Translations under genes and position numbers: made by a program
Shown here: positions 44,601 to 57,658 of the stretch, piece by piece
Layout of the letters: each line of letters starts with the position of its first letter
Numbering within the stretch: the first letter of the stretch is position 1
NCBI GenBank assembly: GCA_964106915.2
Contig: OZ066917.1
Strand: one strand, 5' to 3'
Length of the DNA: 64,000 nucleotides
From: Podarcis gaigeae
Lineage: Eukaryota
The notes under the pieces: model-generated
Database searches by the model: none
The model's input: only the letters and a program-made list of their open reading frames with translations
What the model was told of the DNA's origin: nothing

Positions 44601-47600
44601 GTTCAAAGCTAGGAAATAATACCAGGCATATAAGGAACACCAAGAACATAACTGGTGTTTTTCTCTTATTGATTATGTGTGGATGAGAAAGCATGCGTAG
44701 CTGAGAATGAATATACAGGATGCTTGACATTTCCCCTATCTGCTGATGCCCCTCTATTTTAAATGTCTTTCTTCACCACCACTCAGGCCAGGCTCAGAAG
44801 ACTGGCTATTTTTGCTGCCTGCCTGGGATTGCAAGAACAAGCAAGGATTATCAGCTGGCAGACATGGATGGCAGGCTGTGTTTGGTTTGCAGGGCCACAA
44901 GTTGTAAAGACGTAGAATAGGTGTTGAACTAATAATGTGTCCTGATATCTCCTTAGCGGAGCAGCTGCATTTCACCAATATAGACAAGCCCATTTGCTTG
45001 CTGGATTTGACGTGGATTTCAACAATGTATCCAAAATTGCCTTGACATTTTCTACAAGGAATGCAATAGGCCCCAAGTACAAGCTTAGGGTTCTCCAAAT
45101 GAGATTAAAATCTCTTTCAGATCCCCAAAGGTAAGCATATAGTTTTTCTTGCAACCTAACAAAACCTGCATTGATTGCCTTATTTGGAAGCCTCTGTGTG
45201 GACATCTTTTTATGTATAGTCCTTAATATGACTATTAATAATGCCAACCTTATAAGCAGAGGACCGTAGCAGTTTGTATGAGATCTAACCTTGATTTCAG
45301 CAGAATTCTTCCTTTTATAATGCTCTTTAGCACATAGTTCTTACAAGGATCAGGAGATGACTGAAAGATGGAAAAATTATTTACAAATGGGCCAGGGAAC
45401 AAGTTATTGGGAGCACGTTGCACAATGGCAATAGGAGAACATGACTTTAACCTGATCGGACCTGGAGCAGAAATTTCAAAAAAGGTAGCTGAGCAGCCCA
45501 TCAAGGGCTTCTGCTCAATAACAGCATGGACCATGGGGTGCTGTAGAACAATGGCAGGGAACCTGCAGACATCCAGGTGTTATTGGACTCCAAATCCCAT
45601 GAGCCCCAGCCAGGATGGCCTATGGTCAGGGATGATGGGAGTTGTAGTCCAGGAGCACCCTGAAAGCCACAGGTTCTTAAGCCCTGCAGTAGAGGGTGGT
45701 TAGGTAGTATGAGAATAGTATTGAAATGAGTAGCCCCCATGCCACCAGAGTAGTATGTGCACCCCCATCTCTGAGTAGTGAGGGACTCTAGAGGTTCCAG
45801 CACTCACGTGGGGTTCCGCCTCCTTGGAATGAAGGTTAGTGGATATCTGGTTTTATTTGCACATATATTTGAGTGGAACACAGGATGGAAGGACTCATTC
45901 AGCACAGCAAGGAAGTCAAGTCTCCTTCTCTCCAGTTTCCAGCCAAACTTGCACACTAACTCTGCTATTGTTCTCCTACTTACAATATGATGTCGCTGGA
46001 ACCAAGTGGTGGTCTGGGGAAAGATGCCTACTCCCTCCTGAAGAACATCACCTCTCAGTTGTCTTCATAGCAACATGGCCTGCTCTTTTAGATTCTAATC
46101 AGGGTGCTTAGCTGGCCCTAGCTGGGGTCATTAGCTTACAAAGAGTCTGGTTTGACCAGTTCAGCAGGTCTCCAGTCTACTGCAACCCCCATCTCACAAA
46201 TACTGCATAACAGGCTTGTTTGAGACCTACCTGCAACATCCAAACCAACCACAAATCCTTTTACAGTATGGTGGGCTAAATAATACAATAAGGCAAGATT
46301 GTACATATTTGTTAATGCTGTTTAGTTGTTAATGTCAGGGTTTTGTTCTAATCCTCACAGCCAGGCTCAGGTCATGGTAGGGGGAGCTGTGACTGCTCGG
46401 AAAATAATTTCCTTAGCCAATTACCTTTGCATTTTGTGCAGCATTTTGTATACTCCACTAGACTTTCTTTAGTCCTAACTATTACTTGCTTCAGACATGA
46501 ATTCATTGGCCACAATCCAGCAGAGAATTAGACATACCTAAATGCCATTCATTTTAGTGACACTTAAGTGTGCATAGCCAATGCATTGGATTGTGACCAC
46601 TATGGTTTTAGTTCTGTATATGCTTCATATGGACAGCAGGTGAACTTATTTATCAGTATATTACGTGCTTTGTATTGTGTGTGTGTTTTGTTGTTGTTGC
46701 TCATATACAATTATGCAAGTCTGGCTGGAATGACAATTGAATTATTACATTGCACAAAGTTCCTTATTACACAATCATAAGCTGTAATTGCATAATTGCG
46801 TCTTGCAGTTGGGTAAAATATGTGAAATTGATGTGAACACACACATATGGCTTCTGTAGTTATTCATCATTACTGTAATTGCATAAACAGTCAGAGATAT
46901 GTTAAAAACAACAGTACTTAACCAAGCTCTAAATGTTAATTAAATTAGAACAAAAATAGATAAGGAATTGCACAGGCATGAAAGAATAATGCTCCAAAAA
47001 TTATATTAATTTGTGATCTGCCAACAGTATCAAGTACAAAGCGGAAAGGCACTGGAGGAAGAGCTAACACAACCTCCCTCTCTCACCACAATGTACTTTG
47101 AAAAATAGCCTTGAGGAAAGGGCTGTCAGGTCACATGACTCCCTTTTGTGTGTGCTTTGTGGAAGAGGTGTTTCCCCAAGAACACTTCACTATGCTAATA
47201 TTGGTGGGAAATGTTTGAGCTGACTATCAACACCTCAAAAAATAGTAGTGTGGATCAGCTCTCCAATTGTACAGTGCAGGTCAGCATTATGAAAAAATTT
47301 GATATATAAAACGACTCCTCCCTGTACATCCTTGTCATCTTGATTTGGCCCATTTGTGGTGTATTTAGGAGAACGTTCCCAGGTGATCTTAAAAATCATG
47401 GTAGAACCCGGGAGGGGGGTGGATACATGGAATTTCACTGCCATTGTGCATGCTGGCTGACCTTCCAGTGACCATTCAGAAGCTCAGTTTGAATACATGG
47501 GGGGATCATTTGAGACTTTAAACCAACAGGTATCCCTGAGAACTGACACCTTTAATTAGAAGAATAAAAGAAGGCTCAGATAAAAAAATTTGAAGCCCAG

Positions 47601-48299
47601 ATGGCTTCTAAGTAGTTTGCAGGATTAAGAGCCTCCTAATACCACATACATTATATGTAAAAGTGCTTTAAATAGGCAAGTGATCATGCACTATATAATC
47701 TTCTAGCAGGTCTGTGTGTGGCTTAGTATGGAATGGGGAAGCAGAAGGGGAATAGATCAGAGCTGCATCCTATTAATAGAGGATTTGAAGGTGGCAATTT
47801 TGCAAATAGGGGGCCTGTGGTGCAAAAGGTGGGCAACTGCTAAAGATAGGAAAGCAGTCTGAGTGAAGGTTGCAATTAAGAAAGAGGTTGAAATCTGTAG
47901 TGCAGTTCAAAATGGAGTACAGTGGTACCAAGTGTGAGACTGAACAAAGAGGAAGACCTGAAGATGGCAAAAAAAATTTAAAAAAATTCAGAGGTCAAAC
48001 ACAGTGCCTAGTTGTTGTTGTTATGTGTCATCCCCAAATATATGGAATAGGGAGTTTTCTCGCCTTTCTGAGGCTGGAATGAAGACATCTTCCAATTTAG
48101 TTATGGTATAGTAGTTGTATGGGTGAAGAGCAGTGCATTTTTCAAAAGCATGTTCAAAACAAAACAAAACAGATTAGGTAGTCTTTCTATTGATAATATA
48201 TTACCTCACTTTTCTCTCTACAGGATTCAGCTCTGTAGGTATGATTTTGTTTTGCTGGAAAATATTGAAATGACCTTCAGACCTATTCCATGCCATTGA
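32583..48299 (+). CDS. LIPI: Lipase member I (membrane-associated PA-selective phospholipase A1 type), 463 aa. Join: 32583-32670, 34644-35020, 36217-36325, 37695-37796, 38829-38918, 41722-41889, 42617-42712, 44201-44312, 44957-45130, 48224-48299
   Basis: Signal peptide, HGY, VDWNRGA, nucleophile GVSLG, GLDPAGP, FYPNGG, CDH, 12-residue lid, PLAT C-terminus; 1392 nt in frame. The name follows synteny with RBM11; the sequence itself is LIPH-like. Confidence 0.9.
33232..33630 (+). mobile_element. Older L2 3' fragment
   Basis: Decayed L2 ORF2 end (RAFSVVAP-like) and T-rich 3' UTR. Confidence 0.65.
34304..34433 (+). mobile_element. 5S rRNA-headed SINE with CR1-type tail
   Basis: 5S box A AGCTAAGCAGGG (34313-34324) and box C TGGATGGGAGACC (34343-34355), then gggttggactaaatgacc...ttctacaattttatga. 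Confidence 0.75.
34512..34666 (+). repeat. 76-bp perfect tandem duplication covering the LIPI intron-1 acceptor and the start of exon 2
   Basis: 34512-34590 is identical to 34588-34666, with AAA microhomology. Confidence 0.95.
34644..35020 (+). CDS. LIPI: LIPI exon 2 ([12 protein letters not shown]...LIDQML)
   Basis: HGY and VDWNRGA motifs. Only the downstream of two duplicated acceptors keeps frame. Confidence 0.93.
36217..36325 (+). CDS. LIPI: LIPI exon 3, catalytic Ser ([16 protein letters not shown])
   Basis: GxSxG motif; 109 nt. Confidence 0.95.
36780..37097. mobile_element. Tigger-like MITE with internal (ttagcggc)n repeats
   Basis: TIRs CAGTGGTGCC..GCAAGAC / GTCTTGC..GGCACCACTG; TA TSD inside an (ATT)n tract. 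Confidence 0.9.
37695..37796 (+). CDS. LIPI: LIPI exon 4, catalytic Asp (GLDPAGPSF...VDVIHTD)
   Basis: GLDPAGP motif; 102 nt. Confidence 0.95.
38829..38918 (+). CDS. LIPI: LIPI exon 5 ([29 protein letters not shown])
   Basis: FYPNGG motif; 90 nt. Confidence 0.95.
39298..39455 (+). mobile_element. tRNA-Asn-headed SINE with CR1-type tail
   Basis: Head ggctgttaacc...ggtggtttgagcccacccaggga matches tRNA-Asn(GTT); tail ttcctgcattgc...attctatgattct. Confidence 0.8.
40117..41116. mobile_element. Possible solo LTR
   Basis: Block of about 1 kb with distinct composition, bounded by TGTCA...TCACA; no clear TSD. Confidence 0.3.
41722..41889 (+). CDS. LIPI: LIPI exon 6, catalytic His ([15 protein letters not shown]...CPVL)
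   Basis: CDHQRS motif; 168 nt. Confidence 0.95.
42617..42712 (+). CDS. LIPI: LIPI exon 7 (GYYADKWK...DPFC)
   Basis: 96 nt; canonical splice sites. Confidence 0.93.
43795..44052. mobile_element. Tigger-like MITE, same family as 24315-24545, opposite orientation
   Basis: CAGTGGTACCTC...GAGTTACCACTG|TA; internal 16-bp repeats. Confidence 0.88.
44201..44312 (+). CDS. LIPI: LIPI exon 8 ([11 protein letters not shown]...TESKIN)
   Basis: 112 nt; start of the PLAT domain. Confidence 0.93.
44957..45130 (+). CDS. LIPI: LIPI exon 9 (GAAAFHQY...[20 protein letters not shown])
   Basis: 174 nt; canonical splice sites. Confidence 0.92.
48224..48299 (+). CDS. LIPI: LIPI exon 10, terminal ([24 protein letters not shown])
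   Basis: LCRYD motif; TGA stop. Confidence 0.92.
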
Positions 48300-48777
48300 T
48301 ATTGAAGTGTGAAACAATAGCATCTTTCAAACCTGCCTGCGTGCATAATGCACAGACAGCACCAAGAAGTGGCATAGAGCTAAACTTGCTCCCTTCAAGA
48401 AGGCTGAACTTTCAAAGATTATGGCTCAGATTAAGGATCAGCGAACTGCTACAAGAAAATCAAATAATTTTGATGCATAAAGATGTGTATGCTACCAGCA
48501 ATCAATTTCTAATTAACAAGAGGAAAATCGATACTGTGAATCATATTCTGTGTAGACGTAGACTACTGTCTTGCACACAATGCTGCTGATGTCCCATTGA
48601 AATTATAATTTCATCCCTATGTGCTTAGCAAAGCACATGAAAACATTGGGTTGTATCCAGCTAAGTTCTGCTCAGAGTGGATCCACTGAAATTAATGCCC
48701 CTTTCCATGAATTTCAGTGGGTCTTTTCTGAGTATGGCTAACATTGAATGGATTCCCCCTTTCCCCCACAATAAATT

Positions 48778-48915
48778 TCATGTCAGTAGAGGATGAGACT
48801 TTTAATCTCAGGGTTGTGGGTTCAAGTCTCACGTTGAGCAAAAGATTCCTGCATTGCAAGGGGTGGGACTATATGCCCCTCGTCGTCACTTCCAGCTCTA
48901 CAATTCTATGATTCT
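48778..48915 (+). mobile_element. tRNA-Lys-headed SINE with CR1-type tail (LIPI 3' region)
   Basis: tgagacttttaatctcagggttgtgggttcaag matches tRNA-Lys; shared tail. Confidence 0.8.
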
Positions 48916-49585
48916 GTGACTGTATGTTAGACAAATGTAACGGCTTTTAAGAACAAATGTGGTAGTGCCAGAAATCAGGAAGATAAGATCGCTGAGATTA
49001 TTCTTTGCGTCTGTGCATTATTGGAAAAGGCCTTGTTGGTGGAGAGGACCACATTGTGCACATTGGAGCCCACAGCCTCACAAAAGCCAGCTAAACTGAG
49101 ACTATAAAATGGATCACGTTGCTACTTTGGGATATTAGAAATTATTAAAACTACACCAAGAAGCAAAAGTTTAGCCCCTTTCAGGTGTTTGAAACCCACA
49201 GATGCGGAATGCATAAAGGTGCTGTGTGGAATGCATGAGCTACTCCTCTCCCCTAGGTGCCAGTGCACATGCCAGCTATAGACTCTGGTTGTTCACCCAG
49301 CTGGAGGATATGTCCACTGTGAAAGGATAGGAAATCTTTTCCAGCATGAGGGCCACAGGCAAGAGGAGGGTGCAGCGGAAGGCCAGTAAAAAGTGTGGTC
49401 TGGGAAGAGAGAATATGTCATGCAGGGAGTCCTAATGGCCAGGGAGAGAGAGGCCTGAAGTTCCCATCCCCTAGACTAGCCTGTATGTTCCAGTTAGCCC
49501 ACCATATCTGCAGTTCCTAAACAGGCATCTAACAGGATCTCATATATTCTTCAGCATGTGAACATTATGATTTTAATGTACATTT

Positions 49586-49591
49586 AATAAA
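49586..49591 (+). terminator. Candidate LIPI polyadenylation signal (another AATAAA at 48770)
   Basis: AATAAA followed by a T-rich tract. Confidence 0.35.
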
Positions 49592-51144
49592 GATTTGTTT
49601 ATTTCAATCAGTGTGCAAGATGCTACTTAAAATGTGATACATTTAATGGAGCACACATGAAGTACATTTTTTTCAGGAATGTGGAATTTGGGGAGCTGTA
49701 GTTTGTTTAAGGTGTTGAAAGTTGTTAAGAGACTCATGTCTGTTAATCAGCCCCCCCCCCCCCCGAGCTACCATTCCCAGAGTGGTTTAATAATGAATTT
49801 CTCTTCACAGGGAACTCTGGAAATCGTAGCTCTGTAAGGGGAATAGGGGCATCCCAAACAACTCTCAGCACCCTAAACAAATCACAGTTTGGGGGAAGCC
49901 ATGACTGTTTAAAGTGGTAGGAAAATGCTTTAAAGATATGGTATTGATATGACCATTAAACATATGGTGTTGATGTGACCAGAGCCTCTGTAATGGTTGG
50001 TGGGTGTGATCAGGAGGAGGGCAATGATATGAGCAACAAATTTGAATGTTGGGCTGTGTCTTACATATGTTCACTTTAGTCTTGTGGCATCTTAATGCTA
50101 CTTAGCTATGATAACGTGGGAAGTGTGCTTATACAGTATATTAGAGTGTTGCTGTGGCAACAGGCTTCCTATGGACAACCTTTTATTGCTGTTGCAATAT
50201 TCTATGCAGCCCTCATCTACAGAACATGGTGTGGGTTTTGAACGATGAAGATTTGACTTTCTTATCTTTTCAGAGGCAGGTAGAATCACAATGCATAGCC
50301 CAGGAGCAGAGCCAAGTGGAAGTGTGACCAGTACTCGGAATTTGTCCCATCTTTGCTGAAATTCCAAACCACAAAGCTTAGGAGCAAAAATCTCAACCCT
50401 ATCTGTAGGAAAACTGGAATTTGGCAGCAGCCCTAATTTTTAATTGATTTTTTTTAAAAATGAAGTTTAGTTCCATTTTAGCCATAATGGAAGGTGTTTG
50501 CTCATCTGATGACAGTATATCCCAGGAGTAAATGTAGAATCTGTAGCTAGTTTGTTGCAGCAATAACAAAGAGACTTCATTAGCACTTATTTGCAGAAAA
50601 GTACTTAAACCTGTTCTGCTTCCATATGCTAAAGGGCTTGGAAAGATTGTGGCAGTGATTTATATTTAACATTTTACAAGGGAAGTGGAAAGGGTCATAT
50701 ATGACAATATTATTGCAAGTAAATTTATTATGCCAAAATCTCCCCCTCACCCACAATTTTTTAAAAAGAGTCAAAATATAGTCTTAGACAAATCTATGTT
50801 TTGTTACAGCAAAAAGAGAACAAAAAGTTTCACAAGAGTTATGAATGAAGCTCATTCTTTGGTTGATGAGTGTTAACTGGCATTGAAAGCATAACATGAA
50901 ATATATCAGGATAATTATGCTCCCACACTCTTCATTTCAAGGAGTGGTGCATAGTAAACTGTCTGGCATGATTGTATCACACCAGGTCATAGTTCATTTT
51001 GCTGCGCACAGCACATGAACCAGAATTTATTTCCCAAAGAGCCAAAACATGTGCCAGCATTGAGTCCAGAAAGGAAGGTGAGACATAGCCATGTGGGAAA
51101 TTAGGATTCACACTGTCTGTGTTCATAAAAAGGCTTTAGGGGGT

Positions 51145-51146
<2 letters not shown>

Positions 51147-51196
<50 letters not shown>
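51147..51196. repeat. (CA)n microsatellite
   Basis: About 25 units. Confidence 0.95.
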
Positions 51197-51199
<3 letters not shown>

Positions 51200-53020
51200 A
51201 TGCCTAACATCAACAGTTAGTATGATCAGGCACCTTAATAGGTGGATCACTATCAACTAGACTCTGGCTGCTGCTTTATTTTCACCACTCTCACTAATAG
51301 AGATCTACCTTCTGGATTCAACCCTCAGTATATATAGGGGATGTGAGCCAGGGAGCAGGGAGCAGGGAGCTGGTGCCTTTCAGGACTCTCACTGCCCTTT
51401 TAACTCTTTAGAAAGATTCCTGTGTAAGCTTCACATGGCAGAAGTCTTACCTGATAAGAGGAGAGGTCAGTACCATTCAAAACAGTCACAGAGCTGTTTA
51501 AAATATAACATTGGAAATTCTGCTCGAACATGACTTTCATTATGAGCATTCTCTAAAGCAGGCAAAGGCAAACTCAGCCCTCCAGATGTTTTGGGACTAC
51601 AACTCCCACCATCCCTAGCTAACAGGACCAGTGGTCAGGGATTTCTTTCTCTCAGAGGCATAGCAAGGTCAGGTGGTACCTGGTGCAGAATATTTTGTCA
51701 CACCCCCCCCCCACATCAACGGTTCGGGGTAGGCTTGAGAGTCGTGGGCGGGCAGCATGCCAAATGTCAACCCCCTCAGTGATGACACCCGGGGCAATCC
51801 GCCCTCTGTCCCCTTCCTATGCCTCTCCTTTCCCTGAAACCCTGCTGACCTCCACTTCAGTAGGATTCCTCCTCTTCTTAGGAAGTATTTCCTCCCACAA
51901 TGAAGGGATTCACTACCACAAGATGTGGCGATGGCCACCAGATTAAATGGCTTTGAAAGGAGACAGGTCCGTGGAGGATAAAGCTATCGAAGCTACTTGT
52001 CATAATGGTCATATTATACCTCTGAATAGCAGGTGCTATCATATGTATGATTTGCAGGGTGTTTAGATGGCCAGTGAGAGCAGAATGCTGGGCTAGAGAG
52101 GCCTGTGGTCTGATCCAAAGCAGCTTATATGGCACTGGTCTTTTAATCCAGGGATGGATATTCTTGGGAACAAAACATACATGTGTTTTATTCTGTGTAT
52201 TTAGTACCAAACGCCTCAGAGAACAGTTAAAAGAAGACAATAAGAAAGTTCTCACAATGCACAGGGGAGGGAAGGTCCCTGCCCCCAAATATACCCATTT
52301 ATTTTAAAATGTTTTATTACATACAAAATCATATGGATAATAAAACATGGACTCCAAAGTACAAATTATACAATGAAAGAGAATGATTCCTTTTTAACAA
52401 ATTAAAGCTCTTCTGTCAGAAGAGGGCAGCCTTTTCACATATATTGTAAACAAAACAAAACAGAAAACATCCCCTTAAATTATTCCCTTCATTCAGATTC
52501 AATATGCCACAAACAATTGTGGAAAGGAGATGATTAGAAACATTAAACCCAATCTACCTGATTGTTAACAGATTGCATTCTTGTTAATTCTTTCTGTTCT
52601 CAGCAGAAGACATGATTATAACTATTCGGCAAGGTGAGTGCATCTTTTTGCTTTGTTCATGTCATAACAGACTTCTTCCCCCCTAAAGCTAAACTTAAGA
52701 GACAAAGCCATTTTCAAGAATCAGAAGTATAAATAAATAAAAGCTGACATGTCGTGAAGGAATGATCTTATTGCAGCGGAGGCTTGGTGTGGCAAAGCAG
52801 ATGGGCCTAGTCACACAGCCAAAAGTAGGAGATCAGAGAAGCATCACCACCATACTTTACAGGAATATGTACATAAGGGTGAGTGTTTAAGGGTGACTAT
52901 TTATTTTATTTACTTTTTATTATCTTATTTATTACATTTATATGACATCTTTATAAGTTCAAAATAGTTTGCATGGCCCCTCACATTTTAGCTTCACAAC
53001 AGCTCTCTGAGGTAGATTCA

Positions 53021-53051
53021 GGTAGGTAGCCATGTTGGTCTGACACAGTAG

Positions 53052-53097
<46 letters not shown>

Positions 53098-53478
53098 ATG
53101 TATAATGTCCAGTAGCACCTTAGAGACCAACTAAGTTTGTTCTTGGTATCAGCTTCCGTGTGCATGCACACTTCTTCAGATACACTGAAACAGAAGTCAC
53201 CAGACCTTTATATATAGTGAGAGGATGGGGAGGGGTATTACTCAGAAGGGTGCTGGGAATGGGTATGCTATCAAATGCCAACAGTGCCCTTAACAGTCTT
53301 CAACAGGTTTAACACACCTATCAGCCACACCTATCACCCATTCCCACCACCCTTCTGAGTAATACCCCTCCCCACCCTCTCACTATATATAAAGGTCTGG
53401 TGACTTCTGTTTCAGTGTATCTGAAGAAGTGTGCATGCACACGGAAGTTCATACCAAGAACAAACTTAGTTGGTCTCT
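53021..53478. mobile_element. Penelope-like element remnant with inverted pLTRs (arms 53122-53264 and 53336-53478)
   Basis: 143-bp near-perfect inverted repeat; each arm has a hammerhead-like motif; (TA)n expansion in the left part. Confidence 0.8.
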
Positions 53479-54949
53479 GAAGTAGGTTAGGCTGAGTATA
53501 TTTGTGTGTGTCCACGTGTCTATTTATTCATCAGTTTATTGCCTATTTGCTTGCTTCAGCCTAGAGTTATATAGCGTGTCACCCAGTTATATCCATCTGT
53601 GAAAGCAACAGACTTCCGCTCACACAAAAGGAGTTATTGAAGCCCTCATCACCTCCTAAGACTGCTTCAAAGGCCTCCCCTCTGGATCAGACTTGGGAGG
53701 TGAGACAAGGGCTGCGGCAGGAAGGGAAAGGGGAAAAGGGGGGGAAGGGGGAAAGGAGAAAGGGAAGGAAATTCTCATAGTACAAGCAGAGGTCCATTTC
53801 CCCAACACTGGATATCACCCATAGTATTTCATATCAAACAAAAACATTTTACAATAATTTTGCACCATAATTTGGGATCCATAACTCAGGTATTGACCTT
53901 CATACTTAAAACCACACCCACTCTTAAGCCCTAGTGGTTTCTATAGCAACTAATATATTTCACAGAGAAAACAGCAAACTAAAATTAGAATGAAAGGGAA
54001 ATGTACCGTATGTTTTAGGAATTTCTCTTCCACTTGTTTTGAAAATGTCTCAGCAGCATATGTATAAGGTTTAACCAGTAAGGAGACAGTTAAAACCCAT
54101 CTGTCAGCACAGAATGTTCAGAAACTACCTCTGTGCTAGCTGAACATCCTTAAGGTGAGAAGAAGAAGATTGCTGTGGTTTAGGAAAGGTCATTATCCAT
54201 CCAAGGTGCATATATAGCAGTGCAGGAAATAGAAACTGCTGTATTCTTACCAGCAGGGAGTTCTGTGTCCTTACCATACCCTCATTTTTAAGCATGAGTC
54301 AGTCCTAAATGGCTGGATTCTCAAGAGCATGTCCATGCTGAATGTTGTGTCCATTTACAATGGCTACATTTAGTGCTTTGCCATTGGCAATCAAAGAAGG
54401 TTGATTTACCTTGACATTTGAGAGTTTGTCCTTGCAAAAGTGGCTCAGCTGAAAGCCCATGCCCTTCTATATTGCAATTTTTATAGGGATATAAGAGCCC
54501 GATTTATCTCCACAGTATATTCTTTACACTTAGGGAATTGAGGTGAACTTTATGTTCCATTTTAACAGCAGGCACCAATCCTTAGACTAAGAAAATAATA
54601 GCCAATTTCCTTGGTATAGTCAAGACTAGGAGACACTTGTTAAAGGGAGGATGAGTTCTGAGTCAAAATTGCAGGTTTCTTTAAACAAGTTTTGATCATG
54701 CATTTTGTTATCCTCTTGAGGACCCAGGCACTATGAAGCCATGGGTAGGGAAGCAAGTTTCAAATAAAAACAAGGAGTCCAGTGCTAAATTTAATTCCCC
54801 CACAACTTTTTTGATTACAGAAGAATAGGTTTGACATAAACATTGGGCATATATCCCTTGATCAATCAGCCTGCCTGCTAGTTGATATGCTGTCAGCTGA
54901 CAGCTGGGGTTGACCAATGCTGAATTCTTCCTTCCGATAATTGTATGTT

Positions 54950-55330
54950 AAAAAATTATTCATCACCATGATATCCTAACTTTGCCTCAGCCATGGATGA
55001 TTTGATGAAACCATATTTGTTCTTCAGGGGGTTTTTATAACCAAGATCCAAGCAACTTTCAATATTTGCATTACCAAAACAGTCTGATTCTTTCTCTGGC
55101 TTTTAAATATAACCTGCAAGCATTGCAGCAGGATTCATTGGTAAACTGGACCCTGTAATTTCTCTAATAATCTGACACAGCCCCACACATATTGTTTAAT
55201 TCGAGTACAATTCCACAGTATATGAGCAAAATTTCCTTCAGCCTTGTTACATTTCCAACATATTACTGAGGTTGATGGGAACATTTTTAACAACTTGCAA
55301 CCTAATAAATAGCAATGGTTCTTGCACACT
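54950..55330 (-). mobile_element. Decayed L1/Tx1 LINE ORF2 3' fragment
   Basis: CWKCNKAEGNFAHILWNC zinc knuckle. Confidence 0.65.
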
Positions 55331-57238
55331 GTGTATCATGTGCTACTCTGGTAATCCCATATCTAGCAATAGGCAGAAGGATTGGCTTTAAAGGATTTGG
55401 TCCCCCAAAATCTGGTATCTGGAGCTGACCCTACATATGTTCTGATATCCAGACTGGATAACAAGAGGATGTTTCCAAAGGGTGTAGAGATTGTGAATGT
55501 TCAGATAATTAGCCCATCTCCTAAAAGAAGACTGGTAATAGTTTGGTGTTGATAAGTGTTGTGATAAGAGATTAGATACCTACACTCATGCTGGTATTCA
55601 AGTTGCAGTGTGGCAGTCAACAAGTCTGGCTTCTGGAGATTCAGAGAGAGATTATGCTGACACCAAATACCAATCCAAAACCAATGAAGGGGAAAAATCC
55701 ATAATCACTTACCAGCATAGACGACAATGCTAATGAAAATTTGAAAACTCAATCCATCTTTTAAATAAAAGTAAAAACAAAGCTCTGTCTGTAGCCCTCC
55801 TAATTATATCTAAGGCCATAAACATTACTTGCAATTTCTGTTTCACAAGAGATTTTCAAAAAGAGGCAGTGCTTTTCAGCATACAAATTATGACAGAAAA
55901 GGACAGGAGATTGAAGACAAAGACACTTGGAGTAATTCTCTCTAGATGAAGGCACAATTCCCCCACCCACCATGCTAATGCATTACACTTTGGCATTTCT
56001 AAAATATAGCTGTGAAGAATTCTGTGAATCCACTAATTAATATGACTTTTTTCGTTAGACGTTTCATTAACCCACATATTCAGGTTTGCATGTCAATTTT
56101 TTAACCTCACAATGTTGGCTCTTAATGCTATAATTCATGGATTTCCCACAGCAGTAAGACAACAATAGCTTCTATACATATATAAAAGAAAAATGCATAA
56201 TGTATACTAAATGTATACTAAAGACATTATCTAAAGGGTTTGTCCTTGGCTTGTGTGTACTCTGTGCAATGAAATATAACTGTCTTCACAAAATTATCAC
56301 CAGTAATTTAAATAGGGAATGCTTATTTGTCAGTGGGGCGGTAGAAGGTCCCTCAAACTCTACTGGTAGAACGCTGGATAATATGCAACAGTTGGGCAAG
56401 AGTTTCTGACCAACATAAAGTCTCTTCCCCCCTAACTTAGGCTATTATATTCTCTGCTCTGCAATAACTCAGATATCGATTTGTGCTTGAATATATAAGT
56501 CATGCCTGTGTAGGATGCAGTAGGTAATTGGCTTCATCATCTGAGCCACCATTTTGTATCTGGCACCAGTCAACGGACTTTGGAGTTCAAGTAAAAATCA
56601 GAGTAGATTCCACAGCCCTGTAGTCTGCTCGCACCTGGCTTAAAGACTTAAAGAGCAACAAAGGGCCCGGTGGCCCACACTGCAACACGTGCTCTCATTT
56701 ATTGGAGAACACGCTTTCCACATTGAATTTCTTTACGGCCAAACCATCCTTCTAGTTTTTCAATTTGGCATAAATAAACATTGAGCCCTGTGGCTATGCA
56801 CATGAGTATAAATTCATGAAATGTTCAGAATGTAAATGTTTCAGCATTTCTTTAGCATTTCACCTTCTAGTGTTCATTCTGCTATTCCCTTTGTAATTGT
56901 TATGACTTAATTGGTGTTTGTTCTATACTTTCCTACTAATTTATATGCTTGTATAATTGCCAAGTTTGTATTTCCAATGTCTGCTATGTGTCTATTCTAC
57001 AGCTCTTCATTAATTTTTGCAATATGCTTTAACTGAATAATCACTCTGGAGACTGTCCTTAAGGTTACTAATGGAATCTTTTAGTTTTTTTTTTTAAAAA
57101 ATGGCACAAAAACATACTTTTCCAAACACATTTTCAACTTGGAATAAAAATGGCATAATATTAAGGCTGCAATCCTAAACATATTCACCAAAGAGTAAAT
57201 CTTACTGAATTCAATGGAACATACTTTTAGGTAAACAC

Positions 57239-57658
57239 GGGGATGGCCTAATCTATCAATTTCAGTTTCCATCAGTTTTTAACTTTCCCAGTCACAAGTT
57301 CAGTTCTTCACATTTCTGCATTAGTTTGTGGTTTTTAAAAAGTCCTCATGAAAATTCATCAGTAATTTCTCACAATATGCATGTCTGTATGTAATTTGAC
57401 CCCAAATACACATTTTAATGCAAAGCAATTTCCACTAATTTCTAAAGATAATTTCCCAAATATAGGAATTTTATGCACAGTTTACGCTAGTATTTGCATT
57501 TTTGAGCTAACTTCTTGGATGGAGAACTGCATTGCAAAAATCAGCGGAGTATCAGTTTCGAAGGGTGGTTGTTTCAATTTGTGTATTATTTTGGAAAGTA
57601 CAAACAAGGCGGATTTGACTTTAAATGTGAACTGAATTGAATTTCTCCTCATCCCTAT
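57239..57658. mobile_element. hAT-like non-autonomous element
   Basis: GGGATG...CATCCCTA termini; interrupts an older palindromic MITE. Confidence 0.5.
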
